Part shown: positions 1 through 12,440 of the stretch, one piece after another | How positions within the stretch are numbered: position 1 is the stretch's first letter | How the letters are laid out: each line of letters starts with the position of its first letter | Source: Squalus acanthias | Taxonomy: Eukaryota | Assembly: GCA_030390025.1 (NCBI GenBank) | Contig: CM059431.1 | Coordinates: 105,774,001 to 105,838,000 of the forward strand | DNA: 64,000 nucleotides | Reading direction: 5' to 3' | Made by a program: the position numbers and the translations under genes | Notes under the pieces: generated by a model | Told to the model about the DNA's origin: nothing | Seen by the model: the letters and a program-made list of their open reading frames with translations, nothing else | Databases searched by the model: none

Positions 1-212
1 AAACTGCTGCTTGTGGGAGAGGAGCGGGTACATGAACCTGTGTGACTACTTTCTCCGGTTCTTTTTCAGAAGGGGTTTGTAGCTTTTGGCCCATAAAGCA
101 AGTTTTCTTCAGGCATCCCACCCAATTCTGCTGAGTAAACAGCATGATTTGACTTCCCAGTGATATTTCAGGTTTTTTCCCATTCCAGCTTCTTCGGAAC
201 TTGGAGGCGTGT

Positions 213-215
213 GGT

Positions 216-251
<36 letters not shown>

Positions 252-302
252 GGGGGGGGGGAGCGGGAGAGGTGAGTTGGGGTGAGGAAGTGGGGGGGGG
301 GG
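213..302 (+). repeat. Poly-G / G-rich low-complexity tract
   Basis: A G run of more than 30 nt starts near 216, followed by further G runs. Confidence 0.9.
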
Positions 303-1290
303 GTCTGACTTTAACCAATCTTGGCAGGCAGGAACTGGACAGCCATGCAGTTAAATTCACTCCAAAAACTCACCGTTCCATTCCCACTTGGTGCCATGTT
401 AATGGGGCCTTTTCTTTTTTTTAGGTGGCCTCGGTGCATGCCTGACAGAGGCAGGAGCCTCTTTAATACAGACAAATCAAGGTCCTACGATGTAATTAGT
501 ACCCCAATAGCCCCAATGAGCGAGGCGCCTACCACGGCTGCCTCGTGGAGTTAAACCCATCGGGGAAGAAGCATGACTCCTATAAGGTCAATCGTTATGG
601 GGCTAGTAGCTGCAAGTTTGCTCTTCTGGACCCTGCATGGAAAGTCTGGACCTCCGCTACCCGGGTCTCCCTCCCTTTCTACTCGCAAGAACCTGTCAAA
701 TCCCCCGCCACCCCCCTCCCCCACCCCCACCACTTGCCAGTGGGCAGCCTGGGCCTTTATTTCCATTTCAACAGGGGGGAGAGATGAAGACAACTGGTCA
801 GTGGGATGTATATAAGGCTCGGGTGTTTATATAGCCCAGCCTCAAATTGACTCAATTGGTGAAGGATGGTTGGTGTTAACTTGCCTAAAATCTGCTCCCA
901 CGTAAATCCTCCCCCCTCCGCCCCGTTGAAAAAAATCAAATCCCACCCTGCCAGAGACATCTCGCAGTCAGAATGCCTGGGCCCAAATAGCCACATTTTC
1001 TGATCTGGACAATGGAGACACACTGCAGAGCTTCCGTTCCTCCCACTGCTGCTAGATCAAGTGTTCTATATATCGTAGCTATGTTTGTGTGGATGTCTGG
1101 AGTAGTTTCCATCAAAATTCACCTCAATCGGGGGCAAAACATTATTTACTTTCGTGGTACAGTTTATACCATGGATTTCATTCAGGAACAAATCTGTTGT
1201 TTAAAAGTTTCAGAGAAAAACATTTCCTTCTTTTTGTAAATTCAGTGGTATAACAGTGTGTACCCAAAGTAAAGAGACCTGAGAACACAG

Positions 1291-1552
1291 AATCACAGGA
1301 TATTACAGCACAGAATGAGACCATTCAGCCCGTCGTGCCTCTTTGAAAGAGCTCTCCAATTAGGCCCACTCCCCTGCTCTTTCCCCAGAGCCCTGCAATC
1401 TTCTCCCCTTCAAGCAGTTTTCCAATTCCCTTTTGAAAGATACTGTTGCATCTGCTGTCACCACTCTTTCAGGCAGCGCATTCCGGATCATCATAACTCG
1501 CTGTGTCAAAACAAATTCTCCTCATCTCCCCTCTGGTTCTTTTGCCAATTAC
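1291..1552 (-). mobile_element. CR1 LINE 3' fragment
   Basis: The reverse complement gives a CR1-type ORF2 end (QRV..WNALP) plus 3'UTR. Similar copies lie at 12985-13240 and 55153-55430. Confidence 0.7.
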
Positions 1553-1837
1553 AAATGTGTCGCAAGAATCTTTCCTTGGTGCTTATTGAGAGCACAGAAA
1601 ATGGTGGAGAGATTTACTGGACAAAACTGACAGGGCTGAAGGGTTCTCAAATGTTAATGCACAGTGCAATAATTCTGGTTCAGCAAGTGCTGGTTAAGTC
1701 TGAGTTTCAACTTCTAGATCCTTGGAACACATTTTCAAGAAACAACACTGTCTGGGAGGGCATCCCACGGGCTGGAGAAGTGGTACATGATGAGTTTTTA
1801 CTGGTAGTCTACAGGAAGCTTTGGATTGGTACACAAT

Positions 1838-3696
1838 GGCCGGAATTTTCTCAAAGGGGGCGGGGTCATCTGAGGCGAGCGGGAAACCCGTGAGGCCGGG
1901 CATCCCGCAGGCCCTGCCGACTTTAATGGCAGGTTCTGATTTGAATCTGAGGCCTCGGATTCCCGCCTGCAGCCAGCCAGATTGAGAGGCAGGCTGACTG
2001 CAGGCGGGTAGGCCTCAGACACGAGGGGCCGGTCTGGGGTTGGGGATCGGGGGTGGGGGGTAGGAGAGGATTGGCTGGGGTCGGGGTTCGGGGAAGAGAG
2101 GATCGGCTGGGGTCGGGGGTCGGGGATCGGGGGGGAGAAGATCGGCTGGGGTCGGGGGTTGGGGATCGGCGGGGAGAGGATCGGCTGGGGTCGGGGGTCG
2201 GGGAGAGAGAGGATCAGCTGGGGTCGGAGATCGGGGGGTAGAGGATCGGCTGGGGTCGGGGGTCGGGGATCGGGGGGCTGAGAGGATCGGCTGGGGTCGG
2301 GGGTCGGGGGGAGAGAGGATCGGCTGGGGTCGGGGGTCGGGGGGAGAGAGGATCAGCTGGGGTTGGGGGTCGGGGGGGAGAGGATCGGCTGGGGCCGGGG
2401 GTCGGGGGGGAGAGAGGATCGGCTGGGGTCGGGGGTCGGGGGAGAGAGGATCGGCTGGGGTCGGGGGGGAGAGGATCGGGGGGGAGAGAGGTCGGTTGGG
2501 GTCGGGGATCGGAGGGGAGAGAGGATCGGCTGGGGTCGGGGGTCGGAGATCGGGGGGGAGAGGATCGGCTGGGGTCGGGGGTCGGAGATCGGGGGGGAGA
2601 GGATCGGCTGGGGTCGGGGGTCGGGGGGAGAGAGGATCGGCTGGGGTCGGGGGTCGGGGGGAGAGAGGATCGGCTGGGGTCGAGGGTCGGGGGTCGGGGG
2701 GAGAGAGGATCGGCTGGGGTCGGGGGGAGAGAGGATCGGCTGGGGTCGGGGGTCGGGGGGGAGAGGATCGGCGGGGGTTGGGGGGGAGAGGATCGGCTGG
2801 GGTCGGGGGTCGGGGGAGAGAGGATCGGGGGGGAGAGAAGTCGGTTGGGGTCGGGGATCGGAGGGGAGAGAGGATCGGCTGGGGTCGGGAGTCGGGGATC
2901 GGGGGGAGAGGATCAGCTGGGGTCGGGGGTCGGGGATCGGGGGGAGAGGATCGGCTGGGGTCAGGGATCGGGGGGGAGAGGATCGGCTGGGGTCAGGGAT
3001 CGGGGGGAGAGCATCGGCTGGGGTCGGGGGGAGAGGATCGGCTGGGGTCGGGGGTAGAGGATCGGCAGGGGTCGGGGATCGGGGAGAGGATCGGCAGGGG
3101 TCGGGGGTCGGGGATCGGGGGGGAGAGGATCGGCTGGGGTCGGGGATCGGGGGGGAGAGGATCGGCTGGGGTCGGGGTTCGGGGGGGGGGGGGGAGAGAG
3201 AGGATCGGCAGGGGTCGGGGTTCAGGGGGGGTGGGTCAGCCGGGGATCGGGGGGGGGGGCGGTTTTGGGGTCGGCTGGGGCGGAGAGGGGATCGGGGATG
3301 GCCACCAGAGGCCTCGTTGGGGGTGGAACTCCGATCGCGGGGGGTGGGTATAGTCGGGACCCTGGATCCAGGAGGCAGGTATAAAGCCACTTACCTCCTG
3401 GATGCAGCAATCCCCGCCTCGGTTTAACTGCCGGGTTTCACGAATTGTGTGTAACCCACCCACAGGCAGTTAAACACAAAATGGACGGGAAATAAAGAGG
3501 CTTCCAGCCTCATTACAATATTTAAATTGAGGTAATGCCTCCTGGGATCGGGTTGGTCAGCCGCCCCCGTCCCGCCTCTGGTAAAACCGGAAGTGGGCAG
3601 GTTCGAGGCAGGATCAGGTCGTGAATCCCATTTTTAACACTTTAACTGCCCCCACGCTCCAAACCCACACTTTTGTTTTAGGGGAAAATTCCAGTC
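1838..3696. mobile_element. Non-autonomous TIR element (PIF/Harbinger-like MITE) with an expanded internal minisatellite
   Basis: The left end is ggccggaattttc and the reverse complement of the right end is gactggaattttc. Flanks are aat/att, an imperfect 3-bp TSD. Confidence 0.6.
2030..3300 (+). repeat. G-rich minisatellite, unit approximately GAGAGGATCGGCTGGGGTCGGGGGTCGGGGG
   Basis: Dozens of variable tandem copies are directly visible. Confidence 0.95.
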
Positions 3697-4689
3697 ATTG
3701 TTGAAGTTCAGAAGCAATTGATTTCCTAACGGCTCAATCGCAACTTTCTGTCTCAGTGCGGGTTAAGTCAAGAAGTTTAGGGACAGTTCGGACCCCCTCC
3801 CCCCCCCCCCCCGAACCCCATGGATTATTCGTTATAACGTTAAACAAAACACTTTGTTAGAGAATCATTCCGCTCTCCGCATTGCAACTTTGAGATATAA
3901 AGCAGGCACCTCGTTTTATTTCCTTTTGACATGCAACTAATTAGTCAGAAAAATTGTGAGTCGTTGTTCATTGCACAGTGTGCGCAAGAATGCATTCCAA
4001 AGAACTATGACAGATTAACTGATGCACCTGTATTCTATTCCTTTGGCTTCTGTTTAAAGAGGTTGTCCCTCCATCGGGGCCTCTTTAAAAATCAATTAGG
4101 AAGTGCTACCATTAACGTGAACATCTGCCCTGTTTTTGTTCAGCCCATTCCGATCATTTTAAAAAAAATACTTTTGATTAAAGAGTGACTGCGAACATCA
4201 TCACTATCGGAGGCATTGGATTAAGTTCAGGCATGCTCAGGGCTTCTTGGCGCAATCGTTTTTAACGCTGTGATGCTGAAATAAGCTGTAATATTACAGT
4301 AACACAGCTACTAAATGCCAACAATTGCTTTAGTACGGTAATATTAACTCTAAATTATTAGAACACATAAACATGGAAATAAATTTAAAAAAAGACTTGC
4401 ATTTATGTAGTGCCTTTCACGACCACCGGACGTCTCAAAGCGCTTTACAGCCAATGAAGTACTTTTGAAGTGTAGTCACTGTTGTAACACAAATCTTTAT
4501 TCCTGCTCACCTTGTCGTTCCTTTTTACTTACAATTTTTCTTCATTTGTTTGATTTTTTTGATATCTTAATTTTATTCTTTTTGCTTACTTTAACCCATT
4601 CACCATTTGCTTTGAGCTTCATGGATCTCATCATCCATTTTGGAGGTGGGACCTAAACCAGAAATATTAACCTCTGATTGGCTGAAGTT

Positions 4690-5150
4690 CGCCCATCACC
4701 CCCGGTGCTCGCTGACCTACATTGGCTCCCGGTTAAGCAACGCCTCGATTTAAAAATTCTCATCCTTGTTTTCAAACCCCTTCATTGCCTCACCCCTCCC
4801 TATCTCTGCAACCTCCTCCGGCCCTCCAACCCTCCGAGTTCTCTGCGCTCCTCCAATTCTGGTCTCTTGAGCATCCCCGATTTTCATCGCTCCCCCATTG
4901 GCGGCCGTGCCTTCAGCTGCCGAGGCTCAAAGCTCTGAACTTCCCTCCCTAAACCTCTCCGCCTTTCTACCTCTCTTTCCTCCTTTAAGACGCTCCTTAA
5001 AACCTACCTCTTTGACCAAACTTTTTTGTCATCTGCCCTAATATCTGCTTATGTGGCTCGGTGTCAAATTTTGTTTGATAATCGCTCCTGTGAAGCGCCT
5101 TGGAACGTTTTACTACGTTAAAAGGCGCTGTATAAATGCAAGTTGTTGTT
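4690..5150 (+). mobile_element. L2 LINE 3' fragment
   Basis: Encodes PVLADLHWLPVKQRLDLKIL...IGGRAFS and ends in aaatgcaagttgttgtt. Same family as 34945-36810. Confidence 0.9.
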
Positions 5151-6089
5151 GAGAACCAGTTGACTTTCTCGCCAGTTGAAAGGCAGAAATCAGAAGACTG
5201 ACATGATTGTGTCATAGGCATTACCTGATCAACTTCTGATGTGGTTTAAATGTCAAGCCACGTGACACCGCTGCAGGAAGGTTTACCTCCTCTGTGCTGA
5301 CGGAAGCCTAATCAGACCCGTACAAGGCAAGTCATCTGAGGTACTGCACAGATGAAAGGGTCCAGTGAACTCAAATGTGAAGCAGTGAGATTGAATTACC
5401 ATAAGGATAAATTTCTGCACCTGTAGATCATTTAGCATCAGCTCAATAAGACTCACCTTGACCCAGTTGGTGGAACTCTTGCTTCTAACCCAGAGGCTGA
5501 AGCCCCACTTCAGCACGTAACAAGCTAACTCAAAGCAGTACTGAGGGAGTTAAAGCTTTGAATAATTTCCAATAGCCTTGGCATTATTGGCTTGAAAGGG
5601 TTATGACAATAGGATGGCCCAAAGTTGCTTCACAGCCAATGAGTTATTTTTAAGGTGTGGTCATTATTATTATGTGGCCGAACACATTTATCAATTTACG
5701 CACAGCAAGGTCCCACAAATAGAAATCTATTTTTAAATAGAGGAATATTGGTCAGGATATCTTGTTGCACTTCAACTGTTGTAATGGGAATTTTTACATT
5801 AACCTATACAGGCAGTCCCTCAGTACTGCCTTCAGTGGTCAGTTTAAGTTAAGCGCTCATGCATATTTCCGCCCTTCCCAAAAAAAATTTACCTCAGAGG
5901 TACATATAGTGTCGGAACCAATACGACGGCGATAAGAGGTGTCCATTTTAGTTGTCGGAAAAAATAAAGCATGAGGGTGAAAGGCCACATAAACAGACGA
6001 GTAACAGCCGGACGAATTGAGACTTGAAGAATAACAAGGTTTAATGTGAACCATTGTACTTGGGTAGCATGATTCAATTCTAGTGGTGA

Positions 6090-6134
6090 ATTTATAGAAT
6101 AATACAACACATTACAGAATGTCAAACATTTATT
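6090..6134 (-). promoter_or_regulatory. Candidate distal polyadenylation site
   Basis: The minus strand reads AATAAA (6134-6129) tgtttgaCAttctgtaaTGTGTTGTATT: hexamer, CA dinucleotide, then a GU-rich downstream element. Confidence 0.45.
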
Positions 6135-6939
6135 GCAGAGCAGAATAACTGTAAATAACGTTGAACCAACAATGCGGTAACAAGGATAACTGTCATATAT
6201 TTTGCCATCATCATCAAAACACTTCTTGCAAACTGACAGACTTTACTGTGACTAAGCAGATCACCCGCAACCCACATCAGAACAATTTGACAAAACCAAA
6301 GACACGTGAACTGCTTACAGAAAGTATAGTATTTTGATCATCAAAACTTAAAACATGGACATAATTGTTCCGTGCTATGCACAAGCACAAATAAGTGACT
6401 CTTGTATTTGCTTCCAGTGCCCAGCATGTAAGTAAATGCATATTTAAAAAGTATATATATGGGATTCACTATCCCTGTCCTGCTGGACTTTTCTTTGATT
6501 GCATACAGAAGGACAGCAGGGATGCAGCACCCAAAGATAAAGACTTTATTTTTCCCTTTCAGGGGGAGATTTTTGGTTATTATTTTATTGTTATTTATTT
6601 TGTTTATAGACATATATTTCACCCCATTGGACCCCACTGCTGATCGATGTTTCTGACATTTTGCAGGGGTGTGACAGAAATCAGCCTGCAATTAGTGGAT
6701 CTTATGTCTTCATATTTTACATGGCCTTTCAGCCTGCTTCTCTCCCCTCCCACCCCTGCACACCCCGCCCCCCACCGCCCCAAAAAAAACTGGGGGAAAT
6801 AGTTTATCAGAGGACAGATCGTGACGACCTTCCTCTGCTTTAACCAACCTGCCCACTCCCTCAGACAGAGATGCCAGCTTTCGAGAGGGGAGGAGGCAAG
6901 ATCTCCAAACACTGGGCACAACTCTGACCGCTCGCAGAG

Positions 6940-7285
6940 ACTCGAGCCCATAATCCAGGCCGGCACTCCCAGTGCTGCACTGTCGGAGGCGCCACCTTTC
7001 AGATGAGGCGCTAAAACCGAGGCCCCGTCTGCCCTCTCGAGTGGACGTAAAAGATCCCGCGGCCACTATTCGAAGAACAGCCGGGGAGAGCTCCTCGGTT
7101 TCCTGGCCAATATTTATCCCTCAAACCGACATCACTAAAAAAAAACAAATTATCTTGTCATTCTCACATTGCTGTTTGAAGGATCTTGCAGTGACAGCAC
7201 TTCAAAAAGCACTTCAGTGGCTGCAAAGCGCTTTGCGGACGTCCTGAGGTCGTGAAAGGCGCTATAGAAAGGCAAATTCTTTCTT
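6940..7285 (+). mobile_element. SacSINE1/DeuSINE-like SINE (5' truncated)
   Basis: Central domain (aaaccgaggccccgtctgccctctc...ggccaatatttatccctcaa) and L2-like tail. Confidence 0.8.
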
Positions 7286-7399
7286 TATGCATTTGCGCCC
7301 AAATACACAGAATAACTGGGTTCAAAATGTTTTCAACATATAACAGTTAAAGCTGCAGCAAACCCTTTTACAGACTGTATTTCACATGAATCCATTGTC

Positions 7400-9320
7400 A
7401 ACTTCATATTAACATGCTACCTTTATTTCAAAGTTCAGTATCGGAAACATCTTTAGAGTTGAACCCTAACGTTAAGTTACAAGTTACATATATTCGGTGG
7501 ATATTTTATTTGCACATATTCTAAGAAAAAAAATGTATTTTACCTGACAAGTATCCTAAGTTAAAAATATTTTTCAATGACTCCTTTACTGAATACAGTT
7601 ATAATAAAGATGTCTGTTGAACAGTAGTACACAGAAATAAAATCTCTCTGGAAAATCAGCAATTATACGATTAAACTAGCAAGAAACTGTTTAATACATT
7701 GGGGGGGGGGAAATGTTATTCAATTGTAATATATACAGCGTACTGAAAAACTCCCGTATTTGCTCTCTTTTCTTTCATATTTTGGAGCTTCCGTTGCCAA
7801 AATATAAGTTACATTATAATAATATTTGCAATAGTATACGATCATTGTGTTAAGTTCACGCCATTGACCCATTTGTAAACCTTACACGCAATGACGATCC
7901 CAGCTCTCTCCGTGCAAAAAAAAGTACGCTATATGTATCAAGATAAATAACAGTGGATATAAATAACAGATAGAAATGGATTATTGAGTTGTGTTGCTAA
8001 GCAGTCTGTCATTGCTCTAACCCCAGCTCTCATTATGCACGCTCAGCTGTCCGTTATTTCGCATGTAGCTTTGAACATTTGGAAATGAATCCCCCCCGCC
8101 CCCAACAAAAAAAAGGGACAACTGCAGCTTTTAAGTGACCGCTGGGTTTGTTTGTTTTTTTTTGGTTGCCTGTTTTATTTTGTTTTTCCTTTTTTGTGTG
8201 TGTGTGTTTATTTTTCCCTCAGTGTAACTATATTGGAATGTGTTTGAAAATAAAAACTCAGCCAATTCTGCAAAAAACATGCGATCTACCAGATTGTTAA
8301 ATTGGCTTTTCATGCCTAAACTGTTGAATTAAAAAAAATAAGAAGCATTGATTCTCATTTGCTTAAACATGCCGTTAAAAGCTGCTTTGAAAACTTCCTC
8401 GTACTGCTTGAACAAATAAACATGATGCTGGTACCTGCCAGTCATAGAACAAATGTACAGATAACTAGTAGAGTTTCGCCCAGCTCCCACGACGACCAGT
8501 ATTATGTTTTAGTACATTATGAAGGCACGACACATTAAATATTCTGTGAATATGAAAACAGTGGTGTTGGGACAGATTACAAACACTCATATCACTTTCA
8601 CTGGAGTTCAGCGACAAGAAGCAAAATAAAACCCCCCAAAAAGGATACAAACAAGGAGAAGGGAAGGGTAGGGGTGGGGGGTGAAGCAACTGTGGAACAC
8701 TGTCTTTTGCTACTGTTGGTGAAGGATATAGTTACATAAAAAGTAGGTCTTACTGATGATTTGTCCTATTTACAAACACTTTGAATGATGGTCGAAGTGT
8801 TCACTAGGATCATTTTACTGCGCAAGAGAGGCAGCTGTATTGTCCATTTTGTGGCCATGGCCAACATCACTCCTGTTTAGACTTTTTTTTTAAGTAGATG
8901 AGCAGCAATCGGCATCAAGTAAAAGAAGCATTTTTTTTCCCCCACACTTTCTGCTTCGGTTGTCATATCTACGCAACTTGTTTTCGCGGTGGCTTTACGG
9001 ACACAAACTTGCGACAGTTCCACCATTTTTCTTTTTGCTTGAGATGCAGTTCAGGTGGAGCGACAAACTCGCGCTGGTCCGTTAGTCAATCACAGTATTT
9101 TTAGCTCTTTTTTTTTTGCGTGTGAACTGACAGCGAGTGACCTACAGAATCATCAAACCTCGTGGTTCTAAAACACAAAGAACTTCAAGTACTTGCTGCA
9201 ACACTGGTCTAAAGGCCTACCCGTAACACAGAATTCTGACACACAGGATTAGCATATTCTACCACTATAGCCTGTAATTAGGCTTGCATGAGTTAATGTT
9301 GGGTAAGGGAAAAGTACTCT
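7400..9320 (-). other. PCDH9: PCDH9 3'UTR (minimum extent; may extend to about 6110)
   Basis: About 1.9 kb of AT-rich sequence with no recognisable interspersed repeat follows the stop codon. Minus-strand AATAAA occurs at 7505-7510 and 7422-7427. Confidence 0.65.
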
Positions 9321-9697
9321 TCATAGCTGATGTTCTTTCGGTGTCTCCAAGGTTGCTGGTGTATGTTTGTATGACTTCAAACTAGCCAAAGGAATGTCAG
9401 TCATTTGACTCCCACTGGTATAATGTCCTTCATTGCCACTAATCAGCTTCCTGTCATTGAACTGGTTTCTGTTACCATCTTCTTTCCAGGCCCTTGACAG
9501 TGCATGTCCGTTCGCTAGTTTATCTTTCTTAATCCATTCCTTTTGAGATCCAAAGGTAGAGAGGGGAGACTTGAGCTGCTGATAGGAACCAAGGCCTGGA
9601 GGCATCCAGCAGTTGTCCGAGTGGCCAAGTACCAAGCATTCTTGAGTGCACATCTCTGTCGCTTCAGCTAGCCCTCTGGGACCAAGTGGGACATCAC
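9321..9697 (-). CDS. PCDH9: Protocadherin-9 terminal coding exon (cytoplasmic tail with CM2 motif)
   Basis: The minus strand reads tgttttttttcag|GT GAT GTC CCA..., i.e. a pyrimidine tract with the acceptor CAG at 9700-9698 (phase-1 intron). Translation is [65 protein letters not shown]...[12 protein letters not shown]...PKEHQL*, with TGA at 9323-9321. This matches my recollection of the mammalian PCDH9 C-terminus ([32 protein letters not shown]...KEHQL). Confidence 0.95.
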
Positions 9698-9780
9698 CTG
9701 AAAAAAAACAGATGCAGAAAAAAAAAGGGCATCAGTGCGATTGCATACAGTTCAACTGTTACACTGTCAACTGTTTACAG

Positions 9781-10300
9781 ATACGGCAGCATAGTGGTTA
9801 TGTTACTGGACTAGTAATCCAGAGATAAAAACAGAAAATGCTCAGGAAGCACTCAGCAGGTCAGGCAGCATCTGTGGAGAGAGAAGCAAAGTTAACGTTT
9901 CAGGTCGATGACCCTTCGTCAGAAGTAATCCAGAGGCCTGGACTGATGAATTTAAATTCCGTTAATTAAATAAATCTGGAATTAAAAAGCTAGTATCAGT
10001 AATGGTGACCATGAAACTACCGTATTGTCATAAAAACCCATCACAGTTCACTATTGTCCTTTAGGGAAGGAAATCTGCCGTCCTTACCTGGTCTGGCCTA
10101 TATGAGACTCCAGACCATGTGGTTGACTCTTAACTGCCCTCTGAAATGGCCCAGCGAGTCACTCAGTTGTACCAAACCACTGCAAAGAAGTATCACCACA
10201 CGGACTGCAGCGGTTGAAGAAGGCGGCTCACCACCACCTTCTCGAGGGCAATTAGGGATGGGCAATAAATGCTGGCCTTGCCAGCGCCGCCCACATAAAA
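9781..10300 (+). mobile_element. tRNA-derived SINE (third family) with a tail shared with the LINE at 15391-15875; interrupted by a Penelope fragment
   Basis: A-box-like head ggcagcatagtggtta, and tail ggctcaccaccaccttctc..gggcaattagggatgggcaataaatgctggcc. Confidence 0.75.
9825..9923 (-). mobile_element. Penelope-like terminal fragment with hammerhead core
   Basis: Same sequence as the arms of 55868-56568. Flanked by a 12-bp direct repeat agtaatccagag (9813-9824, 9924-9935). Confidence 0.8.
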
Positions 10301-11699
10301 CAGATATATTAAAAAAATATTCCAATTAGACCTGAAAAGGTACTAAAGTGTGCGTTTGAATCCAGCTCAGACTGACGGGATGAAAGACTCCCCTCTCTGC
10401 TGGTTTTAAAGGCTTTAATTGAAATTAATGTGAACGGTCTCGCTCTGATCACTCAGAGTGGCCTCACGCACAATTGATGAAAATGCTATACTGTTAGTAC
10501 AGCACCGAAGGAGCTTTATGTCAACTGTGTTTGATGTAGATAAAGCATTCAAAAAGTCACAAAAAAAAAGTTCAATTTTTCAGGTCTGACACCCTTCACC
10601 TTACTGGTGACAAAAACCTATTGAAAAAATTAGGAGGAATATTGTCACATAATTACATTTTATTTTTTCATTAAATATATTCAATGAATACTCGAAAGGA
10701 CATTTTCAGTGTGGCACTGATGTATTGTGATTGGTTAATTGGCCGTATATTAACGAAGACAAATAAATAGCAGCATCATAAAAGAAAACCAACTGTGTGC
10801 TGGGTTTAAATATAGTTTTTCTTGCAGTCACAGAACTGACAGGCTATTTCTTGATGCCCTACTTTCTGAGCTGTTCGGCACTTCATACACGGCCCCAGAT
10901 AGTATCACACATCATTTTTGTGAATGACAAATGTAGAATAGTCTCCACTAAGTTTTACTGTCAGGAGTTGCTCCTGCCTGCTAACACTGTCAGAAAAATA
11001 GTGTTGCAAAAATCTTTTGTCCCCCCTCCCTTTTTGTTCCGTCTTGAAACTGGGCTGCGGGGTACAAGTCCTAAGAGGGCACTGAGACAACAAGAGTGGC
11101 TCAGTAAAGTAGAGTATTGCGCACGGAGTTCCATGATAATGACCGAGATACTGAACTAGCTTTACTGCAATAAAATGCACTTTCTTTGAAAGGAAATGTC
11201 CATATACGAATTAATCGCGTAATGCTTGAACCAATACTACTAAGGAAAACAGATAAATTGCTTCCGCCTTTATTGTTGCTCACTCAGAAATATTTCAGCA
11301 CAGTCACCCTGAGGAAACCTCTATTGTGCTTTCCTTTAAAAGAAACTGCATCAAGGGGCGCTCTTTATAACGAGAGTGCTTTACATGGATCCTTTAATAC
11401 CATGGGAGCCATACACAGCAAGAAAGATTTCCTATTTGCAGTTTTGGAAGGTGAGAGTATACTTGTCCTGCCGCAAATATAACACTTGAATTGGCATCAA
11501 TCTGGTAATCTTAACCACGCTCTGCAGGGGCAGTGGTAAGAATCGACCACTGTGAGGCCCTTGGGTAGAGATAAATGGATCACTAAATCTGTGGGTGGGA
11601 TGGCAGATCCAGGGGTTTCCTCAGTTTTCTATCATTACAAAGATGGCACAGACAAGTTCGGGTAGAGAGTGGTTTTATTGCCCTGACTTTGCTATCTAC

Positions 11700-12100
11700 A
11701 TAGGGGTGACCTAATAGAGGTCTTTAAAATTATGAAAAATTTTGATAGAGTGGATACAGAGTGAATGTTTCCACTTGTGGGGAAGAGCATAACTAGAGGC
11801 CATCAATATAAGATAGTCACCAAGAAATCCAATAGGGAATTCAGAAGAAACTCTTTACCCAAAGAGTGGTGAGAATGTGGAACTCGCTACCACAGGGAGT
11901 GGTTGAAGCGAATAGTATAGATGTATTTAAGGGGAGGCTAGAGAAGCATATGAGGGAGAAGGGAATAGAGCGTTATGCTGTTAGATTTAGATGAGGAAAG
12001 ACGGGAGGAGGCTTGTGTTGAACCTAAATGCTGACATGGACTGGTTGGGCCGAATGGCCTGTTTCTGTGCCGTATATCCTATGTAATCCTATGTATGTTA
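11700..12100 (+). mobile_element. CR1 LINE 3' fragment
   Basis: Encodes RGDLIEVFKIM...QRVVRMWNSLPQGVV, followed by a 3'UTR ending tcctatgtaatcctatgt. Confidence 0.85.
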
Positions 12101-12194
12101 TGTAAATAATGAAATCTGCCCGGGGCTCAGAGATAAAAATGAGTTGTCAGTAAACAAAGGGATCCATTTCTCTGCTGGAGCCAAGAACTTGTTC

Positions 12195-12440
12195 TCAGTT
12201 GCCCACTATCACACTGAGTCAGTAGGTTGTGGGTTCAAGCCCCACTCCAGAGACTTGAGCGCAAAAATCTAAACTGGCACTCCAAAGCAGTACTGAGGGA
12301 GTTGCCATCTTACGGATGAGACGTTAAACCGACGCCCCGTCTGCCCTCTCAGGTGTACATAAAAGATCTCATGGCACTATTTCGAAGAAGAGCAGGGGAG
12401 TTCTCCCCGGTGTCCTGGCCAATATTTATCCTTCAACATC
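12195..12440 (+). mobile_element. SacSINE1/DeuSINE-like SINE (partial)
   Basis: B-box gggttcaagccc and central domain. Confidence 0.75.

Noticed and set aside
1315..1893. 192-aa ORF
   Set aside because: It runs from antisense CR1 sequence through unique DNA into a MITE end, with no coherent protein features.
2030..3300. CRISPR-like array
   Set aside because: Units are tandem with no unique spacers, there are no cas genes, and the context is vertebrate.
2353..3427. Long ORFs of 285-354 aa (Gly/Arg-rich and Pro-rich)
   Set aside because: They are by-products of the stop-free G-rich minisatellite, are open on both strands, and show no domain.
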